Below, in pieces: positions 1-10,900 of a stretch of DNA of 17,539 bases (position 1 is its first letter; every line of letters begins with the position of its first letter). The notes beneath the pieces are model-generated. The model was not told the DNA's origin. It ran no database searches and was given only the letters and a program-made list of their open reading frames with translations. Position numbers and translations under genes: made by a program. The stretch is from Paraspadella gotoi. Its lineage: Eukaryota; Animalia; Chaetognatha. The DNA is taken from NCBI GenBank assembly GCA_051294375.1, contig CM119264.1, positions 895,362-912,900 on the forward strand, written 5' to 3'.

Positions 1-375
1 GGGTATTGAGAAAAAGGGAGGAAAGAAAAAGGAATTGAGTAAAAAGGGAGGAAAGAAAAGGGAATTGAGAATAAGGGAGGAAAGAAAAGAAAATTGAGAG
101 AGAAAAGGAGGAAAGAAAAGGTAATTGAGAAAAAAAATTTTAAAAAAGGGAGGAAAGAAAAAGGAATTGAAAGAAAAAGAGAAGAAAGAAAAGGGTATTG
201 AGAAAAAGGGAGGAAAGAAAAAGGAATTGAGAAAAAAAGGAGGAAAGAAAAGGGAATTGAGAGAAAAAGGAGGAAAGAAAAATGAGTTGAGAAAAAAAGG
301 AGGAAAGAAAAGCGAATTGAGAGAAAAAGGAGGAAAGAAAAGAGAGTTGAGAAAAAAAGGAGGAAAGAAGATAAA
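1..375. repeat. Purine-rich ~30-bp minisatellite (consensus ~GAATTGAGAAAAAAAGGAGGAAAGAAAAGG), about 11-12 degenerate copies
   Basis: GGAGGAAAGAAA recurs at ~30-nt spacing from the window start to ~370, with one interruption near 170-195. This explains the spurious KKGGKK ORF. Confidence 0.9.
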
Positions 376-477
376 GGAAAAAAGAATAAAGAAAAAAATG
401 GGGAAGGCGTCTTTTTTTTTGTCTCAAGGACTCAACACAAACAACAATAAAGACAACAACAATTATGATGAAAAAAA

Positions 478-925
478 TGACGACGAAGACGACGACGAAA
501 TAACGACGACGATAAAGATGAAAACAAAGACGACGACAACAAATACGACAACGAAGACGACGACAATGAAGACGACAACGAAGACGACGACAACGAAGAC
601 GATGACAACGAAGNNNNNNNNNNNNNNNNNNNNNNNNNNNNNNNNNNNNNNNNNNNNNNNNNNNNNNNNNNNNNNNNNNNNNNNNNNNNNNNNNNNNNNN
701 NNNNNNNNNNNNNNNNNNNNNNNNNNNNNNNNNNNNNNNNNNNNNNNNNNNNNNNNNNNNNNNNNNNNNNNNNNNNNNNNNNNNNNNNNNNNNNNNNNNN
801 NNNNNNNNNNNNNNNNNNNNNNNNNACGAAGACGACGACAACGAAGACGATGACAACGAAGACGACGACAACAAAGACGATGACTACGAAGACGACGACA
901 ACAAAGACGACAACAAAGACGACAA
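478..925. repeat. (GAC/AAC/GAA)-based tandem repeat with a ~12-15-bp unit (ACGAAGACGACGACA), spanning an assembly gap
   Basis: The same unit is present on both sides of the N run at 614-825. Confidence 0.85.
614..825. other. Assembly gap (212 N)
   Basis: Direct count of the N run. Confidence 0.98.
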
Positions 926-1184
926 AATGATATATAACTTCTTGACATGATGTTTATAGACAGCCACAAATTTCCAATCAATCTATTATATATCTCCCAT
1001 GCGATTTTACTGGTAAAAATCTACTTCTGCATCACTCCAGCAATTCTCCAGCCATACCCCATCCGACCTGCAATTGTGCTGAGTAACCGGCTTGTGTCCA
1101 CACTCCATCAAACTCCGCTCATCGCCAACGCACTGAACTTTGTCGAGAGCGAATCCGCGCGCGAGACCGAATCGTGATTCGCGG

Positions 1185-1209
1185 NNNNNNNNNNNNNNNN
1201 NNNNNNNNN
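1185..1209. other. Assembly gap of exactly 25 N
   Basis: Direct count. 25 N is the placeholder size PBJelly leaves for over-filled gaps; attributing it to that tool is inference. Confidence 0.95.
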
Positions 1210-1540
1210 ACTGCTCTCTTCTAACTTCGCCTTCAAATATTTGTCTTTTCACACCCACCTACTCCTTCTCCTCCACTCCCCTCTCCTCCCTCCTCTCTCC
1301 CTCTTCCATCCTCCTCCTTCTCCTTCTCCCTCCCTCTTCTCCACTCCTCCCTCTCCTCCTCCCCTTCTTCCTATCCTTTTCTTCACTCCATCGTTCCTCC
1401 TCCCTCCTCTTCCCCCTACCTCCTCCTTCTCCCCCTCTTCCCCATCCTCCTCCTCCTCCTTCCTCCCTCTCCTTCCTCCTTCCTCGTTCCCCTCCTCCCC
1501 CTCTATTCCCCTCTGTCCCCCTCTTCCCCTCCTCCTCACC
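1210..1540. repeat. Polypyrimidine low-complexity tract ((CCT)n/(CTC)n)
   Basis: Almost exclusively C/T on the + strand from ~1260 to 1540. Source of the Pro/Ser/Leu-rich and Gly/Glu/Arg-rich spurious ORFs. Confidence 0.9.
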
Positions 1541-2088
1541 CACGCCACAGAGAGGCTGGCTTCGGAGCGCGGTCTTCTTCTCCAGTCACCTCGCCGTAAT
1601 CACGATTCGGTTCTTCGCAGCGCTCGGATTCGCTGTCCTTGTCCCTCTAACAAAGAAATGTTTCAGCGAGTGATGCTGCTCCCTCACGCGTCACAGCGTG
1701 TACCTATCGTTAATCGGCGATGGAGCGGGCAGTTGATGGAGACGTAGTTAGCGTTGAATCTCGTGGTCGGATTAAATACCCACAACTAATGATAGAGTAG
1801 ATGCATGGAACACAATGCCACGCCAAGCCGATCTCAAAGCCGTTCTGATCTATCATCGTGCAGCGTGTACTGCACCCAGCACCAATATTGGAGGTTCCCC
1901 AGCCTACTCTCAGGCGTATACCACTGCGGTCGTATGGGGAGCAGGGGGCGCCTTCCCGGACCGGATTCTTTAAAGATCGCTCAGAAGTGTCACAGCTCGG
2001 CGGCGACCTTCTTGTGTTATTCCACAACTAGCCGGCTCCGCGGAACTGCTGATCGGACATTCGGATATCTGGATGACGGTGCTGACAT
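1540..2088 (-). CDS. Probable coding segment of unknown function, frameshifted; either a separate gene (ATG at 2088) or a 3' exon of the CMTR1-like gene
   Basis: GC-rich, high-complexity segment with protein-like pieces in shifting minus frames (GEPPILVLGAVHAA, IRTALRSAW, KNRIVITAR). The AT-rich 2089-2145 stretch reads on the minus strand like an intron end (CACTAAC...TTCTCTCCATGTCAG). Confidence 0.3.
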
Positions 2089-2139
2089 GGAGAGAACGTT
2101 TTTATTTTTTCTGTTAGTGCTTATTTTGATGTTCGTTGT

Positions 2140-3741
2140 TTAAAACGCCTTATTTGACTCAATGTAATGGGACTGCCCCTGATTTAGGCTGCGACAGATC
2201 GGTACTCGATGTATAAAGACAGAAATTAGTGAACATGAGCAGGGACACCTGTATCGTAAGGCAGAAAATGCCTGGTAGTACACGAGTCTATCGTCTGCAT
2301 AGCTACAGGGTAGCTGTAGTCAACACTGAGTCTGTTGAGTTAATTTTTTGCATCTGATGCAGCAAGTACATAAGATTAACCGAGTAGATTGCGATGTATC
2401 CTTTTTGTGTTTTTCAATCAGGGTTGTTTACCATCCAGTAATGTTGATATATAAATAAAATCGCTGACGCCATGCGTCGAATACCAAATAATAGATAAAG
2501 ATGGCATTACCCATCGCTCCACACCCTCACATTTCGCCTCTCCTTCCACTAGTCTACGCCATTCCCATCACTTCTTATCGGAAATTTGGCTGGCTGTCTA
2601 TGATAAACGTCCAACATAAACTAAACACACCCAAGCAACATCATCTGTGTCAAGAAGTAAGACTTGTCATTAGTTCCAGCATATTAAATCCCCATTGTCG
2701 ACCGTCTTATGTGTAAGCTGTCTGTCGATTACTTTGTGTCGTCGGTCCTTCGTTAGCTAGTACTTAAGTTTACATAGCGTCATCCACGTTCATGTTGGCA
2801 CTCGTTCCGGTAGTCCAGTTGAGACCGCGGCTCGTCACTGATCTATCTCGCGCGCCACACCAATTTGTATAAATACACTAAATTGGAGCGAAATGCTTGG
2901 CAATGTGGCCGCGCGAAGAACACTTATTGGCGTGGATGGCAATGGGAGGCTCGTGACACAAGCCTGGCACTCCTACATTAATTTCGAACTGCGCTCTACA
3001 AAGTAGCGCTCGACCGTGCTCGGCCATCTACGAACGGTTCCGTTCATGGTTTCATCCCTCCGGTTAGATTGGATCAAGTTACGGTCCTGCCCTTTGAGGA
3101 GAAAAACCACTTCATCTATTTCCGCCGAAAGATATACGAACGCGCAGTGGAATTTTACGCGAGGACCATATGGACGAGGAGCTGTTCATGCCTTCGCCAA
3201 GTTCGAGAGAACTCATAAAGCAACACGAGCGCGCCCGATGTCTTTCCAGTACGCTCTCAAGCATACATCCAAGTGAACTTCGCCGATCTCTACAAGCAGT
3301 ATACGATTTCCACGAGTAAAAGTTCGGCCATCGGGCGGCCATCGAAGACGTCTATCGTGGTCCAAACGTCGCTTTCAATTACGAGAACGAATATTTGAGT
3401 TCCAATCCTCTACTATCGACCGCCTGGTTTGAACATCTATAGACTCATGTGAGGGCGTAGGAGTCCACCAAAGAGGGTTCCGACACAGGAAATTTACGAG
3501 CGGGCCATCGCTCCATAATTCTCCGCTCGTCCATAATCATAAGCGTCATTGAGGCGCTATCATTACCTTTGGATCATAACATGTCTAGTATACGCCCTCT
3601 TCTGGAGAGCCAGCTAGAGTGCGAGGGACCCACGAGCCGTACCAACAGGCTTCAGCGAGATGCGTCTGTCCTAGAGGTTCCATCCCACACAAGCTATGTC
3701 ACCTTTGCCAACAATCTGGCTTCTCGTCCTGCAATGGCCAT
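2140..3741 (-). CDS. Putative divergent CMTR1-like cap methyltransferase-fold protein (RrmJ/FtsJ-like domain followed by a guanylyltransferase-like region), frameshifted
   Basis: ATG at 3741 (MAIAGREARLL). Across frameshifts it gives GAMARLVNFLCRNPL (~3465-3515; cf. CMTR2 AWCKFHEILCSFPL) and AELLLVEI..LDVCLRVLxxSGALVLLYEFSRTWRRHEQLLVHMVLAKFHCAFVYLSAEIDEVVFLLKG (~3090-3330; RrmJ beta4-beta7 spacing). It also gives SQI..DG.EWRRL (~2550-2592; cf. CMTR1 SQIYTWDG..RWIKL) and YLVFDAW (~2470-2490; nucleotidyltransferase motif IIIa-like). The 3' end is uncertain. Confidence 0.35.
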
Positions 3742-3943
3742 TCGCAAAAAAAATTTAAAACCTGGCGCGAAAACTTACTGCACTTGCGATGTGGGAAATG
3801 TTCCAAAACGAGCTCTTCTTCGGGGTTACCATCGATTTGGTATAACAGTTCAATCTCCGTTGAGTTCACGCGGTGCCGAATTTTCTACGAGAAATCTCCT
3901 AGCAATTAGTACCGGTAAAAACTGCTTCCTCCTGCGATCAAAT
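3742..3943. promoter_or_regulatory. Putative bidirectional promoter (~200 bp) between divergent start codons
   Basis: Minus-strand ATG at 3741 and plus-strand ATG at 3944. Positional inference only. Confidence 0.35.
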
Positions 3944-4795
3944 ATGCCGAGTCGGATGCCATCCCCCTCCCCTTCTTGTTTCCTTTTCCTTCTCGTTCTC
4001 GGTGCGATGTGTAACGCGTTCGTCTCAATCTTCCGAGCCGCTCACTCGATCAGCCTCGTCTCGACATGGCCTGAGGTTCGTGTGAAGGCGGTACAATCGA
4101 CTTCGAGATCAACAAGAGCGAATCATTGACGCTGTCGCGACTCTATGAACGCCTACTCGAGCGCACGCCACACGTAAAGTTTGATTTCCTTCCGCGCTCT
4201 TTGGCGCCGGCCCTCGAGACGGAATTCGGCTCGCCCAGGCACGCCAGATTTTCTCTCGTGGCAACGGTAGTGTTGAAAAGTCGGCCGAGAAGAGGAAAGA
4301 GTCATGCTTCTCGAGACGGGAAGAGTATGGAAGAGGTTAAAGAGACGAAGCTCTCTACCAGAAGAAGGTGAGGAACAGTGCCGAGATACTTGGTTGAACG
4401 AGCGACGGAAAGCGTGACGGAGGATGTGGACTCTGACGCGGATCGGAAGAACTACTTACCGCACTATATCTTTCCTGAATGGAAGTTTGCTGCCCCTTCC
4501 CTTCAAGCCATGCTGGCACTAGCGAAGCAATGGAAGAAAAAGAGGGGATGATGAACGAGGAGGATAGAGAGCGGCAGCGAAAGATGAGAGCGGCAGCGAG
4601 CCGGATGGAACGAAAGTTGATGTGAAAGGAGAAGTGAGAAATACGAAAGGAAATGTGGAGAAACCGAAGAACTTCGTCAAGGACATAAGACTGACGACCA
4701 AGGCCGATACGGACTTGGAAGAAGCTCCAGCGATAGCGATGGGAAGGCGACGAAGAAGTGTGGACAACCTGAAGATAAAAGTACCGTTAACTTGA
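3944..4795 (+). CDS. Putative secreted precursor-like protein of unknown family, frameshifted
   Basis: Starts MPSRMPSPSPSCFLFLLVLGAMCNA (signal-peptide-like hydrophobic core). Continues GTIDFEINKSESLTLSRLYERLLERTPHVKFDFLPRSL..., then NYLPHYIFPEWKFAAPSLQAMLALAKQWKKKR, an acidic ESGSE duplication (4567-4599) and GRRRRSVDNLKIKVPLT* (TGA 4793-4795). GTACCG at 4781 could instead be a splice donor. Confidence 0.5.
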
Positions 4796-4994
4796 ACTTT
4801 TTTATCGTTTTTTCGTTTTATTTCGTATTGACTATTGGACCTCCATATTGTTGTTTAGCACTTGATATTTACTTTTTAGGACACAAAAGTGCCTCACCTT
4901 CATCACATTAGATCGTAAAACTCACAATATGATGCTAGCGTATTCAATATCAATATGATATCCTTTTAGTTTACGCCACATTCCGGTACAAAAA

Positions 4995-7900
4995 ATGCGT
5001 TCTTTGCGCACGTGGGTGGAAAAAAGTCCACGATCGCGATAAAGCCGAGCATGCATTTACGATATTGGGCGTTTTAGGTTTAGTTTCACATTCACGCGTT
5101 AAAAGAGCTTGGTTTGTTTAATTTCATGTGTATTTACCGACCACGACGGCCTTCAGACTAATAGTGCGCCGCAGGGAACAGGTTCTCTTTATGAAGACGG
5201 ACAGAACAGAACTTGTGTCAACCTTTAAAGGACACCAAAGACACGGTCTTTTGACGTATGTTATTCTCGCTCATTGATGGCAAGCGATTCGCTTCAGGTA
5301 TCCATTGATTGACTCGAATAACTAATGTTCGTTACATTGCCTTCGAGCCGCCGTGCGCTGCGTTTGAACAAAAAAAGTTTGGCTTCTAGCGTAGTTCTGC
5401 GACAAATCTGTCTCATCTGGAGTCAAACTTGAGGGTATTCTCTCCCTAAGTACCACGCACAACGACGCCTATTCCTAATGTCTGGCCTACAATCCGATTC
5501 CAACCAGATGCCTCGCTTCCTGCGCAGTTTCTGATTTTGGTCTGTGTCTCCCGAACAACAAATCCGTGGCTAAACATAAGGTTTCGATAAATTTTTTAAT
5601 TATAATTATTTACTCATAGTTGTATTCTGCTCATCAATGATTCTTTGTTTAAGATGGTATGTTGTCGGAATCAACACTGTGCTGCATCGTGTTTGCATGT
5701 ACAACGACGCGACAATATTTGGCTTTGTGGTTGATGTAAATGGCAACATCTAGTCATCCGTAGCAGAGGAGTGTGAGAGAAGGTCAAGATAGAACGCCCG
5801 TCGGCTGCAGGTACTTAATCTTTATCTTTAAGCTCGTTCCTTTATCCTTATTCAACATTATTCGGATGTCCTTCTATTGTGATTACAGTACTAGTATCTG
5901 TCATTATAAATTAAATGCCCGGATGTAAAATTAAATATTAGTCTTATTTATTTATGTATTTACAGGATCCGGTATGTTCCATCTCTTCGAGAGTCAAGCA
6001 AGGATGAGGGCTTTCGACATTTCTCCCGATATCTGACTGGTCTTCTCAAGATCAAGCTTATGCTCTTTTTATCAACTGACGTGGATAACAAATCTCGGCT
6101 AAGCGAGCTATGCTGGTTATGATCCTGATTGCCTCGATGATTTTTCAAAAGGGTAGTTATTCTTCATCGTTTCGTGTACGTTGCCAATCCCATTCTCTAT
6201 TAATATTTTATAATTTTTGTCCTATTACATTAGGCTCCTGTTCGCATAACATAGCCGAGTGTCCACCTCACACGGCGTGAGTGCTGAGTCCCAAACTCGG
6301 TGTGTAAACTCGGGGTAACGAGACAAGTTGGGTGTGTGCTTGCCGAGTTCGCCCAGTACGTGCAATTTTCGGTGGCTTTCTGGTTGTCAGAGTGGAACCA
6401 TCGCGTGTACTATCATTGGCTTCAGCACAGTCATTGTCTTTATAAGGAACGTTACGCGTACAGGTCCAAAGTGATTCGAGATAAAATGATAATATTGAGT
6501 TGGTTTTGTGTTTTAATCTTTTTTTTCAGGACTACATGACTGGATTCCACATTGCAGCTCGACTAATCACCGATCAAAAAGTCGGTAATCAAATGTCGGG
6601 CTCTGGTAAAAACAAAGTCGGCCATATATAGAGTCATCGCTTGGTCCTGCTTACAACTGCCACGATAAGTCAGTTAAAAACTTAGTCTAATGTTTTTCTA
6701 GTGGTTAGCTGCTAACTCTCATCATCGTTAAATCAGGTCGTCATTTATGACGTTATACAACGACGACGCGGCGGACATGCTTTATCGATGAAAGGATAAA
6801 GATGATGGATAAACAATTGGTAGTGGCAACCTCCTCGATTGTTACAGCGAACCCACAGCTTCCTTTGCCTGAGTCGTAGAAGTAAGATTATCTCGACGAT
6901 GTACTGACATTGAAAGCTTGCAATGAGGCTTTCACTCCGAAAGGGTTATGACGGTTAATGGATCGCCCATATCCCTTCCACTTGCAGGTTGCTCAGAATG
7001 CTGATCCTCTCACAGGCGTGACAGTCAAGTAATGGGTCTTGGAATCTCTAATTCGCGTATATTAAAGTATACCGGTGGCCAGCAGGCCCGAGGGCTCCTC
7101 GTTGGACTAAAAAGCGGCCAGGTGGCCAATAGAATTCCTTCGTTGACCAACCCTTTCCCTATCATAACGCTGTGGAATGATCCGCTGTTCGGCGTGTGCT
7201 TGTCTCTGTACTTGTTCCGTTCTGATAGAAAAAAGCTCGCTCGTGGTTTGTCGAGCTATAATATACGTGCTGGGAGTGTACGACATCACAATTAGGAGCT
7301 TCTGTTTCAGCGTGTTTAACTAATATCTACTTATTTTAAGTTAACTAATTACTCTGAGTCAATATAAGTCAGGGGTGCCCTAAGCGTGTAATCACATTGA
7401 ATGTAATACTCTTAATTACTATTCAGGAGCCAACGCCAACTCTCAGTGGCGTTGTGGAATACCCAGAACAAGATATGCTGCTGCTACAGCCCGTCTTCTT
7501 ACGGTAATGGTTTACTTAGCATCCAAAGCTGGCCAACTTTTCCGCGCTGATTCTTATGTCAGCAGATTTGACATACGGAACTCTTATAGGTTTCTGCTTC
7601 GCTCCCAATGATCTTGTTGTCTTTCCATACTAAACTTCCTCCCATGGCAACATGTTCGTAGCTCATCTCCAGGTTACAGTACGACGAAATGTTTACATAG
7701 TTCTTAGTCTCCAATTTGATGTTAAGTACAAGCTCCGCGGATCTTGTCTGTTCTCTTAGTCACGGCCCATGTACCAATAGTTTTTGGTGGAGACGAGCAA
7801 AGTTCTCTGTGACTTACCCTACCGCGTTCGCCTGCATGGGTAATCACTCGGTAGGGCGGTACTGGGAGTCCCTCGCTCACGAGGCGCTCTTCTCGGTATG

Positions 7901-10900
7901 AGATTATCTGCTACGGTTCAAGAAGGCTCTTGCATCCCAGAATCATTCGGGAGTTTAGGTCAGTATGAGATGGCGTGCTTTGAAAATTATAAATCATCAA
8001 CTATTGGTACAAACAGCTGTTGTGTTGCCTCTGATGATGCCCCATTTGGATGCGGTGGCATTCTCACTGCTTGGCTGTAGGGCTACCGCCACTCATTGGA
8101 TGCCTTGTCTGTCGTCCACGCGTGCCGTGTATACCTAGACTCCGTCTCGCTTTGTCCAACACAGGGACAGTCTCTTGAGGAACCTGTGGAAGGAAGCGTA
8201 ACGCTTGGGATATGGTGCCGTTTTCCCTCCGTTACGCGCTCAAATGGATGCCCTAACCGATGGTGGGATTTGTCGTGTCGCTCTGGCGTCTTTTACCTGG
8301 ATCTGTCTATACCGCCTATTCACTTGTCTTTATATCACTAACGAGTCTTGTGTGATCGCTTGCATGTGCTACTATTTTAGTGAATGATTCTCGACTTAGC
8401 CACGAAGATGCAGGCAACGGCGAAGCGATTCGAATGCATCTCCGCAGTTGTATTTTGCCGCTGACATTGCAGCCTTACAGAGGTACGAATCATAAAATTT
8501 TGTTTAACTATCTTTTTACATTGTATCTGCTTTAATTTAATTTTAGTGGAATAAATTCGCCGAGGCTGACTCGATTTGCATCAAAGAAGGGGGTCGAGCT
8601 CGAACGCTTTAGTGCACTTACTCCGAATTGGTACATGTCTGAGCACAAAAAGACATAGACAGCAGATTTCATGGCACTCTCAGTCGATCCTCCCGATTTC
8701 TGTTTATGCAAAATTGCTCATATAACAAACTAGAGTGTTTCGGTCTCTGCATTGGATATTTTTTTCTTTCTTAGAAAGTCATTTTTTTTTGTGACGACCG
8801 GTTTTAAATTACACAGGTCCGGAATGGGCAATCGCTATTCCTTCACACTCGAGCTCGTGTAATCACGCCGCTCAGCAGTAATGTATGTTTGTCTGTCCGG
8901 TGAGAGATTGTCAAACCATGTAGTATCTATGGAAGCATGTCCTAGACGTGCTGACTTATTGCATTGCCTTCTACTCATCGGCCAAGAAAGCTCGGACAAG
9001 GTCTGATCTCTTATGGGTGATTCAATTCTTAATAATCATTGCTCCATTTTTTGACTCATCATATATTTTCGTACGAAGGCCTGATTCATCGCGTATATCC
9101 TAACTCTGAGATCTCTCTTGTGCCGCGACCATTTCAAACGTCTCAATCAAGTTCACCTCCGCCGCTCTCGTGAGTCTACATCACATAACTTGGTCTGACA
9201 TAAAGTGTTAAAACTGATCTTATTTTTCGATCTTAGATGCGGATAAAGATTTTCTTGACAACTTTTTTTTAAAAATCAGAGCCTTAGGGGATCTTTACAG
9301 CACAGTCCTGATTGGAAGATCGCGTTATACTCTGTTCGATTATCTTTCACCTATGTAGTTCAAAGACGACTTCCTACGTCCTCTACGCCCAATATGGTTG
9401 GCTGGAAAACGACCGTTTCGGCAAGAGACGCCACAAATATGCCTTCCATAGCCGGTCGCCAAGACGACCGCCGTCCCGACAGTCCTTCGAACAATCTCAC
9501 TCCATCTAACCGCCGTCTCCAGAATGCTCCGTTTTTCCCTGACGCTCACGGTCTTCCCGCGTTTATTCCTTCTTTGTATTGTGTTGTTTGGTAACCTATT
9601 TGTCTTATTTCTTATTCTGTCCAGGGATAATTATCTACTGGCCTCCTTTCTATGCAATCGCCTCGACATTGCGCGGGAGACGAGCTAAGAGAGAAGTCAT
9701 GTTTAAGCAAGTTTACGTAAATATCAATTAAACGCCGCGATATGTACTACGCTATATCATCAATTCATAGGTTTGAATGCTAAAAAATTCCATACAATGA
9801 TAAAAAAATTGTTCCTACTTCTATCAACGTATTGCTTGTTCTATCATTATATTTTTAGGTAACAACTGAAGAGCCGTCTCACTTTTCTCCAGCCGGACCT
9901 GTCTGTTTCAACATTGTCCTAGATCTTTGTATGCATGCTTATGGCAGGGAATCCACCCAACACAATCTTCCACAGTTCGTACTCATTCTGACTATTTTGG
10001 TCATATGCCAAAGTAGAATCTCAACGCTTTCAAGGTGGCCAGGATCCACTTTCGAAAAATTGCAAGCTTTTTCCGTCCCGCGCATTTCTCGTTACAGGAA
10101 CTCACATTGATTCCTCCGGTTTCGATCACATATACGATCCAAGCATTTTTCCCCTCCCTTTTTTGATGCAGGTAAAAGAAAAATAAAAAAAAAAATTAAA
10201 TTACTATCACGTATTCGTACATAAAAATTTTTCTCCCCCCACGCAGAGGATTTCAAACCGATGTGCATCAGATGTCTCAAACTTACCAATACCGTTGCTC
10301 GACCACTAACAATACGTGAAATAATTTCTATCTCTCAACTGCTCGTCAACCTCACACTCGTCCATCTCTTCATATGCTCTCATGGCTGTCTCCCCTCGTA
10401 GAATTCGTTTTGAGAAGGGGATATCGGACGCGAACTCCCCCATATCTCGTATACTTTTATTTTGATCATATTGTTATCTCATTTTCCAAGATAATACAAC
10501 CTGACAGCCACACTTATTCGCTTCCTCAGCACTCCCTCCGTGCGTTCAAAATCTAATCAAGGCGTGAGGTGGCTATGAAAACTAACCATGTGCGCGATGT
10601 TCAGATCCTCCTTGTCGTGACGCTACCTTCGGTGGATAATGGTGATCACTCACAGGATCATTTTGTGTAATATCCCTTCTAGTCTCTGCTCGATTTCCTC
10701 TCTTTTCCGGCGCCACACCCGGTGTAACCTTTTACAAAACCATCCTAGAGAAAACTATTTTTTTAAATGTTCCAGCAAGGATCTGGCTTATATTTTTTTG
10801 ACGCGCTCTTCCCCGAATTTCAACCCGATCCACCTGGGACGTGACGCGCTGGTTATTATGCGTATCGATGAATGATTTATCCGTTAATACTGGTGTCCGC

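Noticed and set aside
1-375. 30-bp periodic repeat as a possible CRISPR array
   Set aside because: Head-to-tail units with no unique spacers, no cas genes, and a eukaryotic context.
125-981. Long Lys-rich, Thr-rich and Cys/Arg-rich ORFs (125-853 +, 140-874 -, 463-981 -)
   Set aside because: They are translations of tandem repeats reading through an N gap, with no protein signal.
1140-1747. Pro/Ser-rich extensin-like and Gly/Glu/Arg-rich ORFs
   Set aside because: All frames are open because of the C/T-only tract; low-complexity artefact.
3000-3270. Resemblance to the C9orf72 N-terminus (AYW...TLNG)
   Set aside because: Spacing is inconsistent; the methyltransferase-fold reading accounts for more consecutive motifs.
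8021-8053. Minus-strand CATCCAAATGGGGC resembling the 7SK 3' region, and GTCTTTTAC (8288-8296) resembling U5 loop I
   Set aside because: Short isolated matches. There is no matching 7SK 5' GGAUG end, and U5 lacks an exact invariant loop and a clear Sm site.
8031-8065. CTGATGA as a hammerhead ribozyme core
   Set aside because: No GAAA follows the potential stem II, and no stem I/III with a UH cleavage site is evident.
8251-8258. CCCTAACC as a telomerase RNA template
   Set aside because: Only 8 nt and near the 3' end of the candidate RNA, leaving no room for a pseudoknot, CR4/5 and H/ACA domains.
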